Assembly: GCF_006345805.1 (NCBI RefSeq)
Contig: NC_042997.1
Span: 68,324,001-68,388,000 of the forward strand
Direction: 5' to 3'
Length of the DNA stretch: 64,000 nt
DNA from: Octopus sinensis
Lineage: Eukaryota
Part shown: positions 39,039-51,491 of the stretch, piece after piece
Layout of the letters: each line of letters starts with the position of its first letter
Position numbering within the stretch: the first letter of the stretch is position 1
Notes under the pieces: model-generated
The model's input: the letters and a program-made list of their open reading frames with translations, nothing else
Told to the model about the DNA's origin: nothing
The model's database searches: none
Translations under genes and position numbers: made by a program

Positions 39039-39408
39039 TGCCCTGATGCAGTACTAGGCAGTAGCTGTTATAGCTTTTAATCTGAACTGATTGGAAGTGT
39101 TGTCATGTACATTGTTTTGTCTTGGTATAAAAGATGGGTTACAGCAAATATTCTGCTCAATACCACAGATTTACCTGTCAGTTGTTTGACCGTAATCAGT
39201 TGAACATGTCCCTTAGTGGCTGACAATATGTGCATCTCTGACCACGAGCAGAAGTAGTGGAGGAGCATCATAGCCATGATTTGAAAGGAATTCTTTGGAG
39301 TCTGGATAATTCATCTTTGGAAACATGGGTGTTTCGTTCATCATCCTTAAATAATCTTTATTCAAGGACCTTTTGAGCGGGATGGGCTACTCGACCAGAA
39401 GAAAATTG
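39039..39408 (+). mobile_element. Family D, second tandem copy lacking its 3' part
   Basis: Same 5' start as 38461; similarity stops at gaagaaaatt. Confidence 0.8.
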
Positions 39409-39635
39409 TAATAGTGGGTTAGAAGGGCGCTAGAGAAGGGGAAGCAGCCCCCGAAATATGGCATATACACTCTTATCCACTTTTGTCTTCGATCACATTG
39501 CCAGTTTGCATCTGATGTCTCGATACGAAACGTTGTTGCAAAAATCTGGGCTGGCTATAAGTTCTATAGAATATCTGTAGAAATAACTTTATACACACAC
39601 ACGCGCGCTTGCACACACACACACATTTATATAAA

Positions 39636-39916
39636 CAGTTGCAGCGTGGAAGGTGTTTATAAGCCATTTAAAAACACACAAAAACCGTTAGATTCACTTC
39701 AACATTTAAATTTGATTTGTCAAAATATTTTCGTCGCTTTGAAACTGCGACCTGTTCACTGACAAAATTTCGTGCCGCAGGAAATTTTGTCAGTGAACAG
39801 GTCGCAGTTTCAAAGCGACGAAAATATTTTGACAAATCAAATTTAAATGTTGAAAGGAATCTAACGGTTTTTGTGTGTTTTTAAATGGCTTGTAAATACC
39901 TTCCACGCTACAATTG
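39636..39916. repeat. Long palindrome, 136-bp arms with 9-nt loop
   Basis: 39636-39771 is the reverse complement of 39781-39916 with about 6 mismatches; inner ~80 bp perfect. Confidence 0.95.
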
Positions 39917-40210
39917 CTTTTGTTTCAGCACACGATCTCAGATCAGGTCACTTGCTATGCAAGTTCATCTTCTTAATGTATATATATATACGAGGGACCC
40001 TTGACCATTCAGCATCTGCTGTACGACTGGCGCGAATGATTTGTTTGTAGCGACCAAATGTTCATGCCGCATATTGATTCCATCAAATCGAGGCTGTCTG
40101 AACAGGTACACTATGCGCCATGCATCAAGTGTCGAAGTGATCGCAGAGCAACGTGAAATGATATGTTTTGCTCAAGAACACAACACAGCAACCGACCCTA
40201 ACCATACACG

Positions 40211-40262
<52 letters not shown>

Positions 40263-40332
40263 GATATACATATATGTATATGCATGCAGGCATCCATCCA
40301 TACCTACGTCCATTCATCCATACACACATATA

Positions 40333-41943
40333 CAGTTGCGGCCAAAATGTTCAGAACGGCATTGTTTTCGCCAGAAAAGTAGGTATAAGTTTTTATCAAA
40401 GTTGTTTCATATTCTATAATTTTCATAAACAATAAATAGGATATTAATTGTTAAATTCTGAGATTTCGGTGTAATTTAAGAGGATAATACAAAAGTTATG
40501 GATGATTTAGTGATTTACTGCAAAAGCATGGCGGCCAAAATGATCAGAACGGTTGCTTTTACTCCGTGTTTTAGTATATTTAACCGGCGAACTCTAATGT
40601 TTTGAATTTGTTTACGTGATGGTTTGTTTACTAAACATTAGTAAGAATATCTGCAGTGTACTTTGTTAATATAATGCCACTTACTCCGTTACCAATTCGT
40701 CAGCAGATTATTAAGCTTCGAAAGAAGGATAATTTAAGTATTGGGTCTATTGCAAAGATTGTTAACAAATCAAAAAGTGTTGCTCACGGTATTCTTAAGG
40801 TCTTCGATGATTGTGGTTCGTGTGAAGCAAGAAAGTCTACAGGTAGGCCAAGAAAAACGACCAAGAGAGAAGATCGTGCTATGGTAAAGTTGGTTAAAAA
40901 GGACAGATTTAAAACTGCTGCTGCTGTTTCTCGGGAAATGAGCATTGTACTGAAGAAAACGTTATCTCGAAAAACTGTGTCTCATCGTTTAGTTGAACAT
41001 AACCTACAAGCAAGATCACCTGCAGTGAAGCCACTGATCAGCTCCAAAAATAAAAAGTGTCGTCTTACCTTTGCAACCGAACATGTGTTGTGGTCTCAAG
41101 AAAAATGGCAAACGGTGCATTTCAGTGATGAATCTAAGTTTATGTTATTTGGCTCAGATGGGAAAAGTAGGTGAAAAATTGTCGCCTAAATGCCTTAAGA
41201 CTAGTGTTAAATTCGGTGGAGGAAGTGTCATGGTTTGGGGGATGATATCTGGAGATGGTGTGGGCTCTTTGGTGCGATTACACGGAAAGGTAAATGCAGG
41301 AGTTTATAAACAACTTGTAAAAGATCATGTCTTGCCTGTGCTGAGAAATTCAACTAAGCGACCACCCATATTCATGCAGGACAATGCCCCATGTCACAAG
41401 GCTAAGGTGGTCATGAACTTCCTCAAGGCTGAAAAGGTTATTATTATGGATTGGCCTGCTCAAAGCCCAGATCTCAATCCTACTGAAAATGTGTGGAATA
41501 TTCTAGGAGAACGTTCGAAAGCCAGAAATCCTAAAACAACCGAGCAATTACGGAATGCCCTTCAGGAAGAATGGAATAAGATCACCTTGCAAGAAATTGA
41601 AAATTTAATTTCCTCATGCAGTCGAAGATGTCAAAGTGTGATTGAAGCTAAAGGGCTTCACACTAAATATTAAATAATTCCAGTATTCTCTGTCATTTTT
41701 TATTATTTTGTTATTTTTTCAACCGTTCTGATCATTTTGGCCGCCATGGGTTTTGCAGTAAATCCCTAAATCATCCATAACTTTTGTATTATCCTCTCAA
41801 ATTACACCAAAATCTCAGACAATAACAATTAATATTGTATTTATTGTCTGTGAAAATTATAGAACATAAAACAACTTTGATAAAAACTTATACCTACTTT
41901 TCTGGCGAAAACAATGCCGTTCTGAACATTTTGGCCGCAACTG
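40333..41943 (+). mobile_element. Tc1-family transposon, 1611 bp, with long IR/DR-type TIRs
   Basis: TA|cagttgcggccaaaatgttcagaacgg ... ccgttctgaacattttggccgcaactg|TA; TIRs about 222 bp (40333-40554, 41721-41943), each with an inner direct repeat. Confidence 0.95.
40674..41673 (+). pseudogene. Tc1 DD34E transposase broken by one small frameshifting deletion near 41165
   Basis: Paired-like HTH, GRPRKTT, VHFSDESKF, GGGSVMVWG, FMQDNAPCH, WPAQSPDLNPTE (34 residues between D and E), GLHTKY*. Confidence 0.92.
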
Positions 41944-41952
41944 TATATATGC

Positions 41953-42926
41953 CTTACTGACTGGTCCTTCTTCGCTGTATACGATGGTCATGCTCGAGCT
42001 AATGTATCGGCCTGTTGTGCAGCTCTGCTGATGGAGCATTTTGCCAATAAAAATTTTCGGGGCAAGCTTGATGTCAGCTAGGGTACAGAAATCCTTCTCT
42101 CTATTATGGATGTGCAGAAAGGCATCAAGACTGGCTTTCTTAAGTTTCATGACTGCATGCGAACAATGCCAGAAGTGGATCGTGGGGAAGACAAAAGTGA
42201 CTCTACAGCAGTATGTGCCATTTTCTCACCAACAAACATTTTCTTTGCTAATTGTGGAGATTCTCAGGCGGTGCTGTGTCGAGTTGGTAATTGTCCCTTC
42301 TCAACTACCGATCACAAACCTGTAAATCCCATTCAGAAGGAACGTATACAGAATGCTGGAGGCGGTGTTATGATACAGCGAGTCAGTGGATCTTCAGCAG
42401 TATCCCGGGGTCTAGGAGACTTTGAATATAAAAGAATGTTGAAGGAAAAGCGCCATGTAAGCAGTTAGTATCTCCAGAACCAGAAATCTTCACCAAATGT
42501 CGAAATGAGAAGGATGAATTCTTAGTACTTGCTTGTGATGGAATTTGGGATGTCATGTCCAATGAAGAACTCTGTGATTTTGTTAGGAGTAGAATGCTCA
42601 TTACTGAAAGTCTTGAAGACATTTGCAATAAAGTTGTAGATAGATGTTTATATACGGGAAGTCAAGATAACACGAGCATTGTCCTCATAGCTTTTCCAGG
42701 AGCACCTAAGCTATTAGATGAGGAAAGAGGACTGAACACACGTTTGGAGAACAAAATTAAAGAAATCCTAGACAACTGCAAACCTGAAGGTGATGTCGAC
42801 CTTTCTCTTGTGATGAATGAGTTGATAGATGATAAAATAGAAGGATTACCACCAGGTGGTGGTTTAAGTTCTAAGAGAATGACAGTTGGAAGTATTTTGA
42901 AGCGACTCAGACCGGGAAAAATTTAG
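41953..42926 (+). pseudogene. PPM1A: Intronless protein phosphatase 2C (PPM1A/PPM1B-like) pseudogene, 5'-truncated
   Basis: LTDWSFFAVYDGHA, STAVC, FFANCGDS, STTDHKPVNP..ERIQNAGG, SR.LGDFEYK, VSPEPE, FLVLACDGIWDVMSNEE, DN.SIVLIAFPGAP, GLPPGGGL; TAG at 42079 and a frameshift near 42430. PPM1A vs PPM1B cannot be resolved. Confidence 0.9.
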
Positions 42927-42999
42927 AATAGCTTCTGTATTGATTAATGAGCTGTACTGAGAAGATTGAATGATGGTTTTATAGAAATTAATGTACCAA

Positions 43000-45900
43000 C
43001 ACCTACCAACCACTTCCTGTCACATGACTACTGCTATTATCATTTCTGTTACAAATTATTATACTACTGTTATTACTCTACTACAATTTACCATTAATAC
43101 TGGCAACACCATAAATAGAAATCCCCAACCATCACCATTTTAAAACCACCCAAAACTAAACAGCGAACAAGCTGACAGCCAACGCATTTATGAAATAAAT
43201 TACACCAAATCTAAAAATCACCCATATACCAGGAACAGAACAGACCAACAACGTCTTAATACCAGGCATAACTACCCCATTACAACACAAAATAACACTA
43301 GGATAAGAAGCAGATCTCATACCAAGCACTACTATCCCATGGCCCAAAATTACTGGTCCCCACCGAATACAAGAACAGCACAAAATAACACTAGGTCAAA
43401 AAACAACCTGCATACAAACAATTCGAAACAAAAATATGCCATATACAGAAATGTTACCCACATCACTAACTACAACACCCATAGACACCCACACACACAT
43501 AACAATCTCAGGTAACAATACCACCACTCTCCCAGACCAATCCCATACAACCTCACAGTTCATGAAAACAAAACTGCAACGAACATTTTTTAGCCCCAGA
43601 CCAGAGACACCAGGACACAGGTTGGAACCTGGTGATCAGGAAAAACCGAACATAATTAACCTCTCAACTGAACCACTTTCAAGCAGAAAGAGACATCCTC
43701 TCATAAAGGTTGGAATTCATTCACCCCAACACCACGCAGAGCCAACCAAAATGAAGTGGAGGACAGTATAATAAGATTCTGTAGAAAACTAAAACTCACA
43801 GAAGCATTGACCAATTACAATACTGAAGATGACTCACTAGTCAAAAACAAAAGTGAACACATCCCCCAGAAAGGAAGAAATAAAAATCTTGATGAATTCT
43901 GCAACTACATTGAGAAGTTTCCCTTCCACACCATGAATAAACAGACAATTACCTCAAACTTTAGCACTACACAATGGAAGGAACTAACAGAACTTCAAAA
44001 TAATGAAGATATAACGATTAAGGAAGCAGACAAAGGAAGTGCAGTAGTAGTAATGGGCACATTATACGATAAAAATCTAGTAATTTCCATGTTTAATGAA
44101 AGTCAACATTACGAAAAAATCACAAACTACACTCCGCAAAAAATAATGAAAACCCTATCCTCACTAATTAAAAAATCCATGGAAAGGAACTGACAATCAA
44201 AGAAATTGACAATGTAACAAACTTTAAATGCAAACCTAGCCTTTTCTATCGTCTACAAAAATCCACAAAGGCCAGATTATAAATAAAACCATAAAATATC
44301 ACCAAAGGCACACATACATACACCAAACCCAGGGGATCTAAAATTTCAACCCATTATAGCTGGCCCAGCCTGTGAAACACACACGACAAAGTCTATTTAT
44401 GGACATTCTCCTGAAACCCTTCCTTAAACACATCAATAGTTATATCAGAAATGACTTGGGTGTGTTAAATCACCTCCCCCAAAAAGTCAAGGAAGAAACA
44501 ATCATGATTTCATTTGATGTGATTAACTTATATACTAGTATACCTTTTAATTATGGGCTAGAGGCAGTTCAGTTCTGGCTGGACCAATATCCGGAAGAAA
44601 TACCGGAAAGGATCAGCAAAGAATTCATAATTGAATCGGTTGAATTCATCCTACGAAATAACCATTTCATGTTTGATAAAAAATTTTATCGAGAGAAATC
44701 CGGAATTGCCATGGGCACTAGGACAGCCCCGGTTATTGCGAACCTAACAATGGGCTATCTGGAAATAATAATATACCAGGAACCTTTATCTAGCTTTGAA
44801 AACCCTCTTTCCTCATACATAAAAGAGAATTGGAAAAGATTCCTGGACGACTGTTTCATTCTCTGGGATGAAAACACAGACAAACCTCTGGAATTCAGAA
44901 GAATATTAAACACCGTCAACCCAAAAATACAGTTCACAATGGAATACAACCAAAAGGAGCTCCCATTCTTGAATATACTAGTAAAAAAATATTAACTTAA
45001 AAGTAGAAATATACATATTTTACAAAACCACAGACGCCAAACAATATCTACTACTTAATTGATGCCACCCAAGACACACAAAAACAAACATCCCCTTCAA
45101 CCTTGCAAGAAGGATATGCACCACAGTGTCAGGAAAAAATACTAGAGACTTTCGACTGCAAGAACTTAAAAACAACCTGATTGGCAGACACAACTCAGTT
45201 CATCACATAGAAGATGGAATCAGACGTGCAACACAAATCGACGTAGAAACCTTAAGAAAAGTTCAACACAGCGACACGCCTTCCCCGAAAATACTGCCGT
45301 ACATATCAATATACAACCTTAGAAACAAAGAAGCCTTCACCATCATCACCCAAAATCTACCAATGCTACATAAGGACCTCAAGTTAAAGGAAATTTTACA
45401 CACACATAAGATCATTAAAAGCCACAAAGAACCCAAGTCACCAAAAAAGATCCTCACAAAGGCAAAATTATTTTCTAAACTAATAGACACAAAAGTGAAA
45501 AAATGTGGTCGACCAAATTGCGAAACATGCCCTTGTAGAAGGATCACAATTCCTTTTCAAAGAGGGATAAAAATTCAAAATCAAATCTGATTTTACTTGT
45601 GCCTCAGAAAACCTGATCTATATTATAAGATGCTCGAGCTGCTACCAAAACTACATAGGGTCCACGGGATTATCGCTCAGACGCAGATGCACTCTGCACC
45701 AACAGCAAATTGCATTCCCAAATACAGAACGATACCCTTTAGAGAACATATTGAGAGATGTGCAAAAGAAGTACTATCACAATTTGTAATTTTTCCATTT
45801 TATCAATGTGCCATTGGAACACCAACACAAGTTAGATTGAATAAGGAAACATACTTCATGGAAAATTATAAGCCAAAATTTAGCCATTTCTAGCATTTTT

Positions 45901-46250
45901 AAATAAGGAAACTTACCTCATTGAAAAGCATAAAGCAAAATTTAATCACTTCTAAAATTTTATTTTATCAAAACCAAATCATGTTCCCAACACTTTTTAC
46001 TATCTCCTTTATACTGAAAAAATCTCTGATTACTCCCCCTGTTTGGAACTATCCTATATCACACTATAGCGAGGAGATGACACAATATCGGTAAAGAAAT
46101 TTGAGAAATTTGAAAAGAAAATACGAAACCGGTTATTCCTCCCAAAACAAAGTCACTACACACAAAATTTTGTAACATTTTCCTAACATGATGATTTAAA
46201 CATATTATTTAACCATATAATACAAGTCTTCTGTAGTTTTTTCATTCTCT
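43000..46250 (+). mobile_element. Near full-length decayed Penelope-like element (RT plus C-terminal GIY-YIG)
   Basis: NIINLS, KEADKGSAVVVM, SFDVINLYTSIP, GIAMGTRTAP..ANL, RFLDD, LPFLNILV, Cys linker KKCGRPNCETCP, and NLIYIIRCSSCYQNYIGST..RRRCTLH; multiple frameshifts. Confidence 0.9.
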
Positions 46251-46329
46251 TTTGCTTTATATATATATATATAATTTTTTCTTCTCAAGTCATGCCTGGC
46301 TCATAAGGGCGGTTTTCAGGTCTCGTTGG

Positions 46330-46670
<341 letters not shown>

Positions 46671-47480
46671 CGCGGTTTATTATTTAAGCTTACGTCGATT
46701 CCTCCGTGTTGTTGTTTTGCGTTTATAATAAAATAACTATATACAAATTATATAAAATCATAATAAAAATATATAGTACAGTACTGTTTCGACATCGCCG
46801 ATTTTCACCTGTCGCGGCGGGGTTTGGAACGCAACACCCACGATAGTCAAGGGATAACTGTATATATATATACATAGTCAAAAATAATTCAATTTATTTC
46901 CAATGTTAATGCTTTCTCTGCTAATAAATAATTATCTTATCATTGCCGGATAACAAAAGGATGGAAAGCCAATGATCTAAACTCAGTTCAAGGACGACAC
47001 TGAATGATCTAAGACATTAAATCCGTTCACGCACGTTTCTGTCAAATTGACTTCTTCCTATATTGTTCTTCATTTACTGTTCCATTATCAATATTCTTCT
47101 TTGTAGTGATACTGATAGCACCATTAAGTTGCATCCATTGACACCACAGAAAATGAAATCAATATACAAATTGTTACCCTTCAAACAAGAGACTTTCCAT
47201 TAGCAACAGGGAAAGATAATCATAAACACCATGTATTATTGATCAACAAACAGAAGTTCAATAAGCACGCATGCGTGCGCGCACAGACATGCTTTCATAT
47301 ATGTGTGTATATGTATTTATATATATATATATACATAAACTTCCATTTGTTTATTAATAATAGATAATATAGACAGTAATATCTATCACTGATCAAAGGT
47401 AATTGTTTATACAGACACATATGCATAATACAAATATGCATACATACATCATGCATACATATATACATCATACATACATG

Positions 47481-48362
47481 CAAGGTGCGTTTTATAAGCT
47501 TTGAGACTTTTTCAGGAGAGGCAGTTATAACTGTCCTAGGTTATTGTAATTTTAGTATATCATTTCTACGCATATACTAAGCTGACTGCCAACTTTTGTT
47601 ATTCCAGATAGAAGGAACTACCTGTAACAGTACTTTTAACACATCCTACTAAATACTACTTGTCACAGTCGACTTGTTTGCAGAGTGCACTCGGGACGTG
47701 AACAAAGCTTTTTGCGTTGAAATGAGTAAAAACTCTACAGAAACTTATAAAAAATATCCCAGACTGCTAATGGATCAACATTCTCGCTGGCTGAAGAGGT
47801 TCAATCACGGTTGAAAGGAGGTGAGAAACGATGGGAGGTGTGAGATGTGGAGGGACGTCAGAACATCGGAGCTGATTCAGAAACTTCGCAATAGTTTGGA
47901 TGAAGACTTCCATGTGTCTATAAAGACAAAATGCTTACAGTTTGGAGTTGGTGTGGCAACTGTACATAGAATTATTCATGAAGATCGGAATATGTGCAAA
48001 ACTTGCGCAAAGTTTGTTTCTAGGGTGCTTGTGCGTGCATCCTGGTAACCAACTTCTTGATAGAGATGGGCACGAAAACTGTTCCTCACAATCCCTACAG
48101 TCCAAGTATTACTCCCTGTGACTTTTAGTTGTTTCCCAGCCCGAAGGAGAAACTCAGAGGCACTCATTTTCAAAATGAAGGAGGCTGTGACAAGGGTTCT
48201 GGACAAATTATTTTGGAGGACTTCCACAGGCGCTTTAAGAAGTGGCTACATGAACATTGGTATCAGAGGATCCTACAATGAAGGAATTTAGAATTTTGTA
48301 CTTCTTTGTAATGAATAAATGTCTCTCCTGCAAAAGTTTGAAAACTTCTGGAGTGCACCTTG
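47481..48362 (+). mobile_element. Internally deleted mariner element
   Basis: TIRs caaggtgc..ctttt.caggagag / ctctcctgcaaaagtttgaaaacttctggagtgcaccttg|ta; VHRIIHED..CAKFVSRVL joined directly to TVPHNPYSP..PCDF. Confidence 0.8.
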
Positions 48363-48485
48363 TACATACATGCATGCACATGCATACGTATATATATACA
48401 CACACAGACACACACACATATATACATACATACAAGCACCCGTATATAAACCCCTACGCACAAACACGCATGCACACATGTATAT

Positions 48486-48521
<36 letters not shown>

Positions 48522-48522
<1 letters not shown>

Positions 48523-48936
48523 GGCGCAGGAGTGGGTGTGTGGTAAGTAGCTTGCTAACCAACCACATGGTTCTGGGTTCTGGGTTCAGTCCCACTGCGT
48601 GGCACCTTGGGCAAGTGTCTTCTGCTATAGCCTCGGGCCGACCAAAGCCTTGTGAGTGGATTTGGTAGATGGAAACTGAAAGAAGCCCGTCGTATATATG
48701 TATATATATATATATATACGCGTGTGTGTGTTTATGCGTTTGTGTTTGTCCCCCTAACATTGCTTGACAACCGATGCTGGTGTGTTTATGTCCCCGTTAC
48801 TTAGCGGTTCGGCAAAAAGAGACCGATAGAATAAGTACTGGGCTTACAAAAATTAATAAGTCCCGGGGTCGAGTTGCTCGATTAAAGGCGGTGCTCCAGC
48901 ATGGCTGCAGTCAAATGACTGAAACAAGTAAAAGAG
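48522..48936 (+). mobile_element. tRNA-derived SINE, family B, full length
   Basis: aggcgcaggagtgggtgtgtggtaag (A-box-like), gggttcagtccc (B-box-like), internal (TA)/(TG) tract, 3' gactgaaacaagtaaaagag. Confidence 0.88.
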
Positions 48937-48957
48937 TATATAAATATGTATATATAT

Positions 48958-49020
<63 letters not shown>

Positions 49021-49224
49021 TCAACAGGTGAAATACAGAGATGCTCACCAATAGAAATGACGTGAACTGACACAGGGTAAGGAATAGCTATAAGGAAAAT
49101 CCAGGTGAGCTGATATAGAGATGTTGATGCAGATAAACAGAATAGGTGTGATATATATGTAGATATACATGTATATATATATATATATATTATATATATA
49201 TATATATAATATATATATATACAT

Positions 49225-49295
<71 letters not shown>

Positions 49296-49303
<8 letters not shown>

Positions 49304-50252
49304 ATGAGGGTGTCTAAAAGACACCAACATGCCGAAATAGCAGTCGAAATTGTGACTATAAAACCACGTTAAATGTTCATATCGTACCATGAGGTAAGGC
49401 GGAGGGACAAAACATACAAGCAAAAATTATTGAATAATTCAAGATCCAAGGATTTCTGGTTCTGCTTTAAATAAGCTTTACCGTCATCAATTGAATATAT
49501 CAAGGGTACATAAATACAGATATATATATGCACAGCAAACGATATTCTTACATATACGAGCGCCGTACATACATACATATGCACGTATGAACACTGCCAG
49601 TTGAATTGCCCGCCAAATCACCGCATAATCACGATATGGTTAAAATAAGCACCGCAGTGAATATAATAACGAATTATATAAATTTATATATGAGGATAAT
49701 ATCGATATTTAAGTATCAAAATTATCAAGTGGCCAGCATGAAAGAAATACCTTACAAAGGTAAAAGAATTTTTAACAATTAAAAATGAGGGTGTCTAAAA
49801 GACACCAACATGCCGAAATAGCAGTCGAAATTCTGACTATAAAACCACGTTAAATGTTCATATCGTACCATATCGATATTATCCTCATATATAAATTTAT
49901 ATAATTCGTTATTATATTCACTGTGCATATATATATCTGTATTTATGTACCCTTGATATATTCAATTGATGACGGTAAAGCTTATTTAAAGTAGAACCAG
50001 AAATCCTTGGATCTTGAATTATTCAATAATTTTTGCTTGTATGTTTTGTCCCTCCGCCTTACCTCATGGTACGATATGAACATTTAACGTGGTTTTATAG
50101 TCAGAATTTCGACTGCTATTTCGGCATGTTGGTGTCTTTCAGACACCCTCATTTTTATTGTTAAAAATTCTTTTACCTTTGTAAGGTATTTCTTTCATGC
50201 TGGCCACTTGATAATTTTGATACTTAAATATCGATATTATCCTCATATATAA

Positions 50253-50260
<8 letters not shown>
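49296..50260. repeat. Tandem plus inverted rearranged repeat (481-nt unit and an inverted deletion variant)
   Basis: 49296-49390 repeats at 49777-49871; 49872-50260 is an inverted, permuted copy lacking 49536-49654. Confidence 0.9.
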
Positions 50261-50331
<71 letters not shown>

Positions 50332-50546
50332 ATAGGGATATAGAAAAGCTGAAAAAATTCGGAAGATAAACACGTAAGTACAATCATATTTGTATATATT
50401 GGCAATTAAATTACATGGAATCTAAAAGTACAGAAAACTGAGCGGAGGGTGCATAGTTATTTAACTCTACAGCTATTCTTTGGCACTCGGAATCACGTAA
50501 TAATTGCAATGTTGATAATTAGCAGATGAAGTCTGCAAAATGTCAT

Positions 50547-50631
<85 letters not shown>

Positions 50632-50719
50632 CATACATACATACATGCATACATACACATTGATATACACACACACGCACACATACATACACACACATAC
50701 ACACACATGTATATGTATA

Positions 50720-51124
50720 TTCTTTTATTCTTTTATGTTTCAGTCATTTGACTGCGGCCATGCTGGAGCATTGCATTTAGTCGAACAAATTGATCCCAGG
50801 ACGTATTCTTTGTATGCCTAGTACTTATTCTATCGGTCTTTTTGCCGAACCGCTAAGTTACGGGGTCGCAAACACACCAACATCGGTTGTCAAGCGATGG
50901 TATGGGGACAAACACAGACATACATACACACATATACATACACACACACACATAATACACTCATATGACGGGATTCTTTCAGTTTCCGTCTACCAAATCA
51001 CAAGGCTTTGGTCAGCTCGCGATTATAGAAGAAGAAACTTGCCCAAAGTGCCTCACAGTGGGACTGAGCCCGGGACCATGTTATTGGTAAGGAAGCTAGT
51101 TACCACACAGGTACTCCTGCGCCT
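50720..51124 (-). mobile_element. SINE family B
   Basis: Reverse copy of 48522-48936. Confidence 0.85.
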
Positions 51125-51344
51125 ATATATATATGACCATCTCCGTCCAGCCATCGCTATGATCGACCGCTAGCCACTAACGCTTTTTTTTATTCTCTCT
51201 GTTTATTTTCTCGTGTTCCTTTCTGCTGAAGTGCGTAGGCTCGAAACGTAAAAGACTTTCTCACGTCCTCGAGGCTTAAACTAATACACCTGTTTGTTGT
51301 TTATACACCTGTCTTCGTCTTTTGTTATTTTTGTAAATTCCAAC

Positions 51345-51414
<70 letters not shown>

Positions 51415-51420
51415 CATCCA

Positions 51421-51491
<71 letters not shown>

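Noticed and set aside
46071-46141. gagga..atga..GAAACCGGTT-attcctc at the 3' end of the PLE
   Set aside because: Position fits a PLE hammerhead but the 5' core is deleted; fossil only
46776-46812. Minus-strand GTGAAAA..GAAAC-a-GTA motif
   Set aside because: G3 and A8 do not pair, and stem II is not clean
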